The notes beneath the pieces were generated by a model. It saw only the letters and a program-made list of their open reading frames with translations, was not told where the DNA came from and did not search any database. A stretch of 64,000 bases of DNA from Balanoglossus misakiensis (Eukaryota; Animalia; Hemichordata), in contig CM082579.2 of assembly GCA_040954595.2 (NCBI GenBank), positions 11,459,625 to 11,523,624 of the forward strand, written 5' to 3'. The position numbers were made by a program, and so were the translations under genes. Of this stretch, positions 52,543-64,000 are shown in pieces (the stretch's first letter is position 1; each line of letters opens with the position of its first letter).

Positions 52543-53200
52543 TTATTACACCTCACATATTATACCGTTTTCGTGATTGGCTGAGACGCGCTCACGTGAT
52601 ATAGAAAAAAAGTGATATAACATGGCTAGAGTTGATAAAGCCCTGTCGCGTGCGCTGATATTGCCCGCTGGGTTGTTTTGGTGTTCTGCGCGCGACTTCT
52701 GCGCGTTCCAAACTGTCGTTCAATGGCTTCCTTCATGATCAGTCAACTCCCGCATCTATATGGCTTCAAAGCGACACACAGGCTTAACACCTGTTCAACT
52801 GGATGATATTTTACTGCAAACGGGCAGTAAATACACCAAAATCGCAACCAACAGCGCAGTATTTTCAAAATAATCTAAGTTCGAAGTAGGTATCGTATAA
52901 TTCTTGGGAGATCGAGACATTTTACATTCTCAGCAACGTACGACATATGGACGCGAGTCTACATGCTACATGCTGCAGTGTATGTACGTTCAAATGTTCG
53001 GCGTAATAAAATTAATAACACATTATGCTCGGGCAACATCACGATTTGAAGCCTGCCCTCGGGCTGGTGATCTCTGACCACAATATTGATGATACCCTCG
53101 CCTGCGGCTCGGGCATCATCAATATTATGGTCAGAGATCACCATCCCTCGTGCAGGCTTCAAATCGTGATATTGCCCTCGCTATCATGTGTTATTATTTA
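52543..53200 (+). mobile_element. Internally deleted Crypton-type element retaining the start of its ORF
   Basis: ttattacacc end inverted as gcgtaataa before a ~182-bp palindrome 53014-53195; ATG at 52760 gives MASKRHTGLTPVQLDDILLQTGSKYTKIATNSAV, resembling Crypton ORF N-termini (SKNTxxxTxxAV). Confidence 0.7.
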
Positions 53201-53867
53201 AATATTGAAGTCGGGAAACATGGTCAACAGGAGTAGGAAAGAAGAAGTGGCACCCAAACCACACACCCACTATGGGTGTAGCAAAATGTTTAACACAAGA
53301 AAGAAGCAAGAGGGTAATAATTACACAAAGGCTACCAAGGTAACAGTACAAAGGATTGCTGTTCCAAGCATTATTGTTCCTCTTATGTGGTCTCCAAAGA
53401 TGTTGTAAACATGCATTCTGTCTTACGTGTGTTCTATAATTTGCACATGTTTATAATGTGAATGAAGACTTCCAATCATTGTAGGGACGAACTCTCAATT
53501 TCATGGTCCACATTTTCTGAATTTGTACCTATAAGCGACTCCAAATTCTTTACTGACACCTTGTATCAAAGGGTCAACTGTTATTATTACAAATTCTACG
53601 ATTTAGTCTTCCAAGGCACCACCTAATCCAGTTCTTGAATGAAACTGATTTTCCATGGACTCTCCTCGTCAAGTTATGCATGGCAATCCATTGTTAATGA
53701 CACTGTCTCTACTGGATCGACAGTTCAAGGGGCGAAATCATAACACCAAACAAATAACCTACAAAAGAGACAAATTGGCGATGACGTGAAGAAATTCACA
53801 CAAAGTGGTGTCTGCTGGGAGCTGTATCAAACCTCACTGCAAGCAACACGTCACAATACCATCCAAT

Positions 53868-55680
53868 ATGGACCAACAGCCACATAAGATCATATTGTGA
53901 AACAAATTAATGAAACCGTGTATCATAAAGCACACAGTCATGGAGCCATGTGTAAACAAAATTAAATATATTCAAAATCAAAATCAAAATTGTATGACAG
54001 AGAAATGTGCCTTTTTTTCTGAATGCTCATTGAAGTCTGACAGTTCTTACTCCAAACTAGGTAGTGGGCATTTGTACATGTGTTTACTGGTACAAGAGTA
54101 ATTTTTTGGAAATTATTTCTTTTGAGCAGTTATATCCCTCTGGAATAAATGAAAAGAAAGTCTATGTGACAACTAGATCATTCATGCTCAGTTTTTTATG
54201 GACTGCTGGTAGCTGTATGAATCCAAACAGCAGACAAGATGTTAAAATACCATTCAATGTGGACCAACACCCACATTAGATCATATTGTGAATCAAATCA
54301 ATGAAAGCATGTACCATATCATAAAGCACATGCACAGTCAGGGAAGTGTAAACAAAACTAGATATATATTCAAAATCATAGAAAATGGATGGCTGAATGA
54401 TTAAGTGATCTCATGTAAACTTTTCTGTACATTATAAATACAATAATTGTAACTCATAGAAAATTCACACCTTTTCTAAATAGTGATGGTTTGATGTCAA
54501 GGGAGCAATCTGAATCACTGATTCTTGAATAACATGATTTCAACGAACACAGAAAAGGGCCCAGAAAAGTAAATGTTAGGATTTCGTAAATTTTACCAAT
54601 ATCACTCTTGACAATTAAATACCCAACAATTTATACATACATATAAACAGACAGATGGATACGGTAGACACACACACACTTACACCAAACAAACACACAG
54701 AAATACTTTACAACTATGCCAAACTATAACTAACTAATTATAAAAAAAAATAAGAAAGTAACTTAATAATAATATAAATATGTAAAGAAACTGTTCAGAT
54801 ACAGATGTGTACACTATAATAGAAGTTTAAAAACAACAATCACAATATAATAAACAACAACAATATAATGACTAGAAAAAAGAGTATTTACAAGTGTCTG
54901 CCCCACAGCTCTCCCACAGCTTTGCCCAGAGTCCACATGTCAATTTGGTCAATGGTTGTTGCCCTGAAATTGAGGGGGAAAAGACAATGCAGTTTAAAAG
55001 AAGTAACAGAACATCATATAGTATTCTCCAAATATCTATTATACCAGGTACATTCATGGCTGAAAACACAGAGATGTCAGCGTTCTATAGGTTACAGAAT
55101 GTACAAATATCATTTTATGTTGTGAAAGAGTTTTTATGTCATGCTAACAGAAATTAAAGGACTAATAACCGAATTGGTGGTGACTTTTTTCAGAAACATT
55201 AAATTATTAAATGTCTTTAGGTGCCTATGACATCGCCTTGATGTCCAATCTATCTCTCATTCATTGAAATATTTTCCAGCATGGGGTACTCTGTCTGTTC
55301 GCGAAAAAAATGCACGACAGAGAACTTTGCTGTGTTTTTTTCTTCTGAATGCTCAAAAAGTCTGACAATTCCTACTCCAAGCTACATATTGGACATTTGC
55401 ACATAGGTCTAATGGTACACCTGACATCAAGTGTATTTGCAAAATTCTGATCTACAAGCAAATAAACCTTTTGCACTATGCATAATGTGTAAGCTTCTTT
55501 AAGTCAACCACTCGCCTAGCCTAACCAGCAGCAGTTGTCTTATTTCAACAAGATAAATTAGATGGATTCTTCCAACAGAATAGACATTTTGGAAATTAAT
55601 TCTTTTAGCAGTTACAGCCTTATGGAATAAATGAAAACACAAGACAACCAGATGATTCATGCTCAGTTTTTATGGACTTG
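53868..55680 (+). repeat. Local diverged duplications
   Basis: 53870-53980 resembles 54260-54378; 54010-54205 resembles 55335-55678 (ctgaatgctca..aagtctgaca..tactccaa; ggaataaatgaaaa..ttcatgctcagttttt). Confidence 0.7.
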
Positions 55681-56906
55681 TTTTTTTGTGCCATTCTAAT
55701 TAACTAGTTGGGTGTTTTGTTGGGTGTTAGTCAAACTTGTAACAAGCAGTAACGACCGGTAATGAGCAGAAACGTGCAGTAATGACCCATAACATCCTAG
55801 AAATAGACAGAATGCATAAATATCAAGCAATAACAACCCCCCAAAATGTGAACCGTTCGTTAAATAACATCCATAGTTCCACCCAATCACGGAAATCATT
55901 ACCGCTACGACACAATTGATAGTTACAAGCTACAAGCTGCACCATTGACTATAACTTGTCACAACCGATAATGAAAAGGGGTGGACTTGACTATTTGTTA
56001 TACGGGGTCCTTAAGATTTATGAGGGTCATTTTTATTTTTTTCTCTCCACTGTATGTTATTTTTCCAAACTGTGACAATGTTTTTGCATCCCCTTTTATG
56101 TTTTCTTATTCTAAACTCTGGTTATGATTTCTGGTTACCGTACAAACAAAATGAAACACGAACACAATGAATCCTGTGAGAAAAATTTAAAATCACAGAT
56201 ACTGTGGAAATGATGATCTGTTCCCATTTCACAGTCATCTGAAGTAATGCAATCAGTGTAAATCAACATGACCATTTTCACAGAACTGCAGTTGTTTAAT
56301 GTCATATCATCACTGGAAAAATAACTAGCCTTTTACTCAACCAAACTTGAGTTTAGGCATATATGGAAATTTTAAAAGATAATAAATACAATATCCAAGT
56401 AATTTAATAGCAAATACTGCAGCAAGTTCCTTGTTCAGAAAATAACAAATTTACCCTGATGTTACTTGGTGTCATGCATGAGTTAGTCCTTTAAAATATG
56501 TATGTGCCATTTTCTTCATTTAAACCTATTTCGCTGATGAGCGGAAACTGCATGTGGTTGTGATGTGATTTATGGACAGAATTATTTTTGGTCATTATTG
56601 TTCCTTATTAATTATTCTATCTATTTCAAGGTCATTTTTGGTCATTACTGTAGGTTCTGCTCGTTACAAGTTTTAGAAACACCCTTGTTTTGTTGGCATG
56701 GCGTCATACATAATTCAACATATTACATATGCTACCTTTTGTGTACTAGACAATATTCAAAAATGCTGTTTTGGGATTACAGTGCACGGATTCAGTAAGT
56801 AAGTTTGACTGAGCCAGAGTTTAAATTTGAAATGGTTAAATCATACCAACAAAATGCCAGGATGTAAAGGTCACACAGGGGTCAAGATTCGCCATACCTT
56901 CCAGCG

Positions 56907-57048
56907 TTATGGGACATCCATGGCATTCATCCAGAGCTTCATTTTTTCAGCATTCTCACTCATGGTTGATAATGCGTTTTCCATCTGGATGAATGCCTGG
57001 TGGTACCTGTCCCTGGCTTCTTTCGTGCCATGGTGCAACTCATCCCAG
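56907..57048 (-). CDS. Gene 2 last coding exon (coiled-coil protein C-terminus)
   Basis: tttctttcag acceptor in phase 2; SWDELHHGTKEARDRYHQAFIQMENALSTMSENAEKMKLWMNAMDVP then TAA; a donor aag|gtatgg lies 9 nt after the stop. Confidence 0.8.
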
Positions 57049-57206
57049 CTGAAAGAAACCCAAGACATATTAGAGATATAGTTGATAGTACGCACAAGAC
57101 TCATGAGCTCAATCTCACTCCTATTAGGGATTTTACAGGGTTTTTTCAGTGCATTTCCAGAATTATTGTTAGACATGTATGTGCACCCTCTTCATGATAT
57201 ATTTAA

Positions 57207-57943
57207 GGTGGCATTGCATGAAACCGTCAAGACTTTTTCAGAGGCCTATTTCTCATCAAAGACAACATTAAAACCCCATAAACCATATATATTCTGGAAG
57301 CTGAGTTTTTGAACTTTTGTTTGAGTTGCAAATATTATTGATCCCCGGAAATGGTGGCGATTTTGGGTGAAAAAAAACATTTTTTGATATTATGTCATTA
57401 AATTTAAAATAGGTAAAAAAATTGACCATGCATCATGCATCTTAATATGTCATTCAAAACTAGAGTACACGTGCAAAAAAACGGTAATTTTGTTTTGCGT
57501 TATCTGCTTCCATTGAGGAGTAACAGCGTTTGAAAGTTAGATTTTTAGTAAAATTTGATCAAATTCATGGTGAGTTTGTATTGAATCAGACTTTATTCCC
57601 GCCAGGGACACTTTATCGACTAACAAAAATACCGTTTTGTTGGATGGGTCATACACAATCCCCTGTTAAAATTTGAGCAAATTCGGCCAACGCAGAGCGA
57701 AGCTATTCTCGTCTGAAGTTGTCAAGAGCAGCGAAAATGCAAACTGAGAAAAACGGCCATTTGCATTGTTGACACCTATTTGTTAATAAGCTGTGAACTC
57801 ATTCAGAAAAGTGCTATTTTGGGGTGATTATGCACCATTTCCGCCAAGACGTATTAGTCAGGATGTGGGTCAGTATTAGGCCTACCGATTTATGTAAAAA
57901 AGTAAAATTTTGCAAAAATCACAAGTTTTCATGCAATGCCACC
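57207..57943. mobile_element. Kolobok-type MITE in a gene 2 intron
   Basis: ttaa|ggtggcattgcatgaaa...tttcatgcaatgccacc|ttaa; 17-bp perfect TIR with TTAA TSD. Confidence 0.9.
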
Positions 57944-58567
57944 TTAAGGAAAACTGCCACATTCTTACTATATACACACAAACATGAAAGCTAAGAAATT
58001 ATTGAAACAGACACAATTTAAAAGACACATAATTCTTCAATGCTGTCATATTTGAATTAACCTCTCTCACCGTGTTGGTGGTTTGATCCAAATATGTTGT
58101 TTTCAATGGGAAAGTCTGGCCAATACACATACAAACAGGGGTGGTCCGTGATAAGAAAATGCAATGAACCACATGTATCATATGTTGGCCCCAGCCTACA
58201 CAGAACTACAATATTTGCAGACACCTTTTCAATTTTGGTGGACCAAATTTTCATTCATACAAATTTTGGCTCTGAGACCATGTGCCTTTTGAGTGTACAT
58301 ATGCTATTATTGAACTGCTTGAGGCTTGGTCGACCAGTCATGCGGTACATGACGACTACACTACTGTCATGATTTACCACATGTGCAAATGTTATGTGCG
58401 CTCTGATGGAAATGAAAATTGTGTCCTACAAAATATAAAATGTGACTGCAAATATTAGAGTTTTGACCACATAATTAGACCACTTAATTTTTGTTGCCAC
58501 AAAGGTGTATCATGTAACGGTATATTCAACTTTACAAATATATGATCCAAGTGAACGCCACACCTAC

Positions 58568-58770
58568 CTTGTCTCCTCCTGCATGATTTCAAATGATTTT
58601 GCCAGTTCGGCAAAATCATTGATGAGGGCCTCATTCTGTTTTAGCCATGCTCTTTCTCTGCGTAGCTGTTCCTCGCGTTGTTTTAAGATAACTTCCTGCA
58701 TGTGCCACTTTTGTCGCAGTTTTTGTAGGTGGGAGGTCAGTTCACTTTCCTGTGGTTTCTTGGACAGAAC
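58568..58770 (-). CDS. Gene 2 coding exon (coiled coil)
   Basis: ttttttcctcag acceptor, ag|gtaggt donor, phase 0-2; VLSKKPQESELTSHLQKLRQKWHMQEVILKQREEQLRRERAWLKQNEALINDFAELAKSFEIMQEET. Confidence 0.85.
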
Positions 58771-59329
58771 CTGAGGAAAAAATAAAAGAAGTTCAAAATA
58801 TTGTCAGTAGAAGAAATGCATCCAGTAGTCTCGTTCCTGGCCTGCTCCCCTGCCCTATATCAACTGCTGGCTGCGCTAGCTTAAAGGAATCAGTCAGGTT
58901 CTGGCTGCCATCTTGCACAAATTTCTGTCCAGCCATGCCCAAGATGACTGCTTCCAACGTTCACACACAGGTACTGTTGAAGTCAGGACTGCACCACGCA
59001 AGATTCATCCAGACAGTTTTGAAGCTCCCTTGTTTTTACCAAAAGGAAGGGTCTCTAATATTAGCAATTTTCTGTATACAATAACACTTGCTGACATCCA
59101 CTGTTTGAAACGCTTTAGTAACTTCTGCTGAAATTTGGTAGGATGAAGACTTTGGTCAGTCACCATCTCATGCCATTTGGATTTAATATTGAATCATTGC
59201 ATTTTTCGTCATATTTTGAGTTTTGCCTTGCATGTGCTAGGTACCAGTTTCACTGCGTGAAAATGTAAGTGAGCCCTGATGAAAATTACATGTAATAGCT
59301 TTTTCATGAAATTTGTCTGTACAAACATA

Positions 59330-60640
59330 TGACAAGCCACTTCTTAAAATCAGCCCTGCTGACAAAAACAAAAAAAATTACAAAAAAAGTCACGGAATCA
59401 AATTATATCATAAATTCCAAAGCAATCTGACAAGCCATTTAAACGAACACAATTTTACACATAACTGTGCGAAGGCCACACGTTAAATCATCTAGGAGGT
59501 GTTTGGCGGCCATTTTGAATAATGCAAATTAGAAGAGTTGTCTAATAATATTACCATGTCAACCAAGTTGAAATTGTTTTAGGTACCAATGTTTAGAGAA
59601 GGTGTACGGTGGCCATTTTCGATTATGCAACTTAGAAGAGTTGCCCAACACTGCCATTTTGGCAACTAAATTGAAATAGTTCTTGGGGCCCACAAGAATG
59701 CAAATCAGCAAAACAACTTCATGTGAAATAACATTTTTAGGTTCACCAATGGGCACATAGGACAGTCAACTCAACTATTTTAACTTCAATCTGACAAGCC
59801 GTTTTAAAGTAAAACATTTTTGAAAAATATTTCAAAACTTTCCCCAATAAAACAAATATGCAAAATTTCATCAATAAATTTACACCTTGCCTGGGTTTAT
59901 ACCCCTATGAACATGCCCACGAAATTTCAAAACAGTCTGACAAAGGGTTTTAGAGGAAAGAACTTTTGACCGAAATTGCAAAAAATAGCTCCAAAATTAT
60001 TAACATGCAAATTTTGCAACAATTTGAACAAAGCTATGGTAACTCAGATCACCTCCAGGAAGCTTCATACAAAATTTTAAGAAGTTGGTTGATCAATTCA
60101 AGAAAAGTAGATTTTTTTACCAATAATGTGGAAAAAGCTAAAAAAATGTGTAAACAATAGAAATTTCATAATATTACCTCTAAACAGCTGGACTGTAAGA
60201 GGGGTTCATGCATACCAATTTTCAAATCGATCTAACCAGTGGTTGTAGAGATTCTAAGTTTTGACCAATTTCACATTTTCCAACTAATTTGCATATTTGG
60301 GGCAATGACAAGTTCGAATTCATTTGAACAAATTCCAATCTACAACCTGGCCTGCATCTGCACACCAAATATCAAGGTGATGTGTGCAGGGGTTTTCATT
60401 CAAGTTTTTCCATCTATCAATCCATCCATCCATCTATCCATCCATCTATCCATACATACATACATACATCCATACATACATACGTACATCCATGCATACA
60501 TCCATGCATGCATGCATGCATGCATGCATACATACCTGCGTACATACATACATACCTGCGTACATACATACATACATACATACATACATACATACATACA
60601 TACATACATTACATACATTACATACATTACATGTATATAT
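59330..60640. mobile_element. Interspersed repeat family B copy ending in a long (CATC)/(CATA)/(CATG)n microsatellite
   Basis: 59780-60230 matches 24560-25015; 60260-60410 matches 19620-19760; microsatellite at 60410-60640. Confidence 0.7.
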
Positions 60641-62535
60641 ACATAAATTGCCATAACAGTCTAATGTGCATACTTACAAAAACACAAGACACCACTGCCA
60701 GTGCCACAACCATAAGCAGTAACCACCAAAACACCTGGAGCTGGAAAGTAAAAATATAACTGATAAGTGATAATGCATGCGCACCTCTATTTAACAAATA
60801 CAGATCTTACACATATTTAAAGTTATTTGTAGAGAACAAATACACACACACACACACACATACAAATTAGCCAGTGTCCATTAAATATTTTTTTTGGTAT
60901 TTTATTGCATTTTATGCAAATAAGTAAACAAATGGGACTTTGTTCTATAACAAAACATTTAGTATAGTCACTATATTTGGGAACCACAGAAATTTCGAAA
61001 TCTCTCACTATTGCCAGTTTTCTCAAATACTGCGCATGCCGATGCGATCTCGCAATCTGAGTTAAATCACTTATGAACAGACCAAACAAAGCAAATGTTG
61101 CATAATTTTGTCCAATGAACTGCCATCTCTGGGATGCATCGTCTATGACGTATCACAGGATTGAATATCAAAACGCCAAGATTGAAACTTTGATTTTCGT
61201 AAAATCTAAAGAAACAGGCAATTATAACAGAACCATGTGACCTCTGCGGGTGATCTGTGCCATACAGAAGTGTTTTTTCACTGGTGATGCAGTGTATCTT
61301 CTGTACTGCTGTCTACATTTGTGAAAATTACTTCTGATTAGCATTATATATGTAACCATGTTGTTTTGGCTACTTGTCATGACCTCAAAACAAATATCGA
61401 TTGAACCCACTATGTACGGTAAACATGGAAAGCTTATCTCGCTTTGTGTGTCAATGTGACAACTTGTTACATACAGTTTTCAAATAAATCATTAAAGTGG
61501 GCCATTAATCAAGTTGAAATGTGATTTTGATGTTATGACACATTAACATTTTCTATCGACCCGTCCAACTCCGCACAGCCAAAAATCCTCATACAACGTC
61601 TGATATATACGTACATACATTCATACAAAGAGACACAGACATGCAAAAATGTGAGCTAAAAAACAAGCGACATATCAGCCGATGCAGCTCCACTGTGATC
61701 TTTTTGTATTATAAATTGCTTGCGAGGAAACAGTATAATAAAATCATCAATTCAAGTGGAGGAATATGATAATAGGATATGCCAGAAAGCTAATGACAAT
61801 ATTTTGATATAGCAACCAGTCTTTATCTGGTTTACCCTGTATATCTGGGAATGCATATAAAGGTACACACAGGCACAAATACCAGTACTGTGCCTGGGCG
61901 TATTTAAGTTGGCTGTTTACTCTATAGTTCTCTGCAGAATATTTGTACACACATGTACATAAAAATGTGCACATGTGGAAACACGCATTCAAAAAGAAAC
62001 CCAAATTTTGTGTAATGTAGCACTTTAAAGTGAAGGGGTCTTCGCGTGATGTTTGTTTGTTGATAGACATTAAAATTCACCTACAAAATCCCTGAAATTA
62101 GATAATTTTTAGAGCAACTGAAGATCCTGGCGTAGTTTGTGCTGGTATGGGAGGACATATTCTCATCAAGGGGGACACCCATGCGGCGACGACGACCCCT
62201 TCCCTTTAAACATTGTATGAAAGCATGCATGACTAAAAGGTCAGAACAACCAAAGCTACTTACATTGGGCTTTTCTGGGGGATCTTCTAGAGAGTCCCTG
62301 GCCTAGTTCAAATTGATCCAAAAAATAGAATTAGCAAAACCTTGAAAATGAAATGTTGAAATCTGTCAATGTTATGCCATTTTGGTCAAGGATACATTTG
62401 CTGCATATAGAACGATGGATCAAGGTACATTATATTAAACCCAAGATTAGCACATTTTTGAATTCATATGCAAGCTTTAAAAGCACATAATCATTGTGCT
62501 ATACGAAATATGCGGTTTGACTGGTCCGACAGTTT

Positions 62536-62586
62536 AGTCTCCTGATGAGTGAGTCCAGTGACTCATGAAACAGCGTTGTTGAGATT
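62536..62586 (+). ncRNA. Minimal type I hammerhead ribozyme (Penelope-like-element type)
   Basis: Stem I agtctc/gagatt; core CTGATGA; stem II gtgagtc-cagt-gactcat; GAAA; self-complementary stem III acagcgttgt; GUU cleavage triplet. Confidence 0.75.
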
Positions 62587-62728
62587 TTACTGCCTTTCGT
62601 TTCTCCTACTACCGTACTTTATAATCCTTGTGCCATGTGTGAACACAATGTGTTTGGCTATTTCTGGGTTACAGATATGAAAAGACACTTTAGTTTCAGG
62701 ATATCTACAATTGTTGTAAATCACTTAC

Positions 62729-62803
62729 CATGCATCGCAACTCTGTGAGTTTTTCGTCCCTTGCTCCTAACTGTCGCCGTAATGTTTGCCTAAACCTAAA
62801 TCT
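62729..62803 (-). CDS. Gene 2 coding exon; earlier exons not identified within the window
   Basis: ttcattctcag acceptor, atg|gtaagt donor; RFRFRQTLRRQLGARDEKLTELRCM, phase 0 into the next exon (nearby alternative AGs make the start uncertain). Confidence 0.72.
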
Positions 62804-64000
62804 CTGAGAATGAAATAGGAAGAATTATTCATTAAGGATTATAAAAGACGCTTCAAGGAATTGCAGCATGGTGTCATCTATCAAAGTCCTAAATTCTCAA
62901 AGTTTATATTTTGAATATGGGGGAACAGGGTGGTGCACAGTACAAAACCACTATGTATGCTAGGTCACATGACATTGGTACTTTGGCCATTCAAGGAATC
63001 AGTTTTTAGCCCATTTTAGAAAAATGATGGCTGATTACTGGTTGCAATGTGTGTAGCAATTGAGAAGTCTTATTTTTAGCATTGTTCAAGACAATGTTTG
63101 CAGTCCCCCCCCCCCCCAAAAAGGCATTTTGATCAAATCTAATGATGCAACAACTTCCCCTCCCAAAGTTGCATTGGCCTTAATCTATTAATTTAACAGA
63201 GCATAACAAAAACAGAGGCATACAAAGAAATGTGTCACACAGTTTTGACAGACATTATGCAAAATTGACTAGGCAATCGAGTGATGCATGGACAAAGGTT
63301 GACCCAACAGTGAATTATTAAACCCAAAACTGAAATCACATATTTGTAGGTAAATTCTAAATTGCATTTCAAATTTAACATACCTTATAGCTTAACTCAC
63401 TCCGTTGCAGCCGGATTGTTCCAAATTTGGGCGAATAATATTCCCACATATCTAAAAAATAATGAAATGATATCAAGGATGATAAATAAAACATTTCACT
63501 ATTTCAAATAAAGCGCTATTATACCAGGTGTATTTCCTCGTTTTTCACATTGCAAGTTGAATATTATCAGCGGTGTAAATTGTTCAAGTCTGAGGCAGTT
63601 AATTGTGTACTAGTTAACTGCATGGTTACAATGAAGAATTACAGGCCAATCATTATAATCACCATTTGAAGCTGTCTATTAAGTGAGCAATCGTCATTTT
63701 ACGGCCTGGAGAGGTGCTGGAGGAATTTCACCAGGCACATGCCAAACCTTTTTTGTGGATTATGACCAAAGGTGTGAATGCAAATGCATTGGTCAATACA
63801 CTGAGGAACCATTAAGGTGCGACATTGGCATTAAACATACAATCGGATAATTTTAGCCTGAGTCGTCTCAGTTAGAAAATGTTATTTAACAGGTACACCC
63901 CACCCCACCCCACCCCACCCTTCCTTGGGCTGGCAGATCAGCAGCTCGAGTTTTTACCTGGAATTGTGTGTGGACGGCGTCTGATTTTGCCGTCCATACA

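Noticed and set aside
56533-56560. CTGATGA gcg GAAA hammerhead-like core
   Set aside because: Only 3 nt between the core motifs, so stem II cannot form; stems I and III are unconvincing.
60239-60759. Overlapping ORFs rich in H/T/Y/I or M/Y/V/C
   Set aside because: Translation artefacts of the (CATA)n/(CATC)n microsatellite.

Overview
Eukaryotic, AT-rich, intron- and repeat-rich DNA. The repeat content suggests a marine invertebrate, possibly a deuterostome (inference). Most ORFs in the supplied track are spurious. Gene 1 (+ strand, 807-9655) shows the last nine coding exons of a type I membrane protein: EGF-EGF-TSP1-sushi-like-[RRRR linker domain]-GCC2/GCC3 cysteine-rich-TM-short tail, an SVEP1/Uninflatable-like architecture. 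A frameshifted duplicate of its last exon follows at ~11.0-11.2 kb. Gene 2 (- strand, 62803-56907) shows the last three coding exons of a coiled-coil protein. Between them lie abutting transposase relics (hAT-like, P-like, Crypton/DUF3504), many MITEs with clear TIRs and TSDs, three Crypton-type elements with terminal palindromes, a LINE RT fragment and a probable decayed SLC35G/EamA-like sequence. A candidate minus-strand promoter and first exon sit at ~30.6-30.7 kb. The most notable structures are a balanced 'Russian-doll' nest of four Helentron/HINE-type satellite-carrying elements (35.9-42.6 kb), a minimal type I hammerhead ribozyme (62536-62586), and four tandem SINE-head-like copies with a strand-specific ~95-nt hairpin (24-26 kb). 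All family assignments come from motif recognition by eye; no database searches were run.
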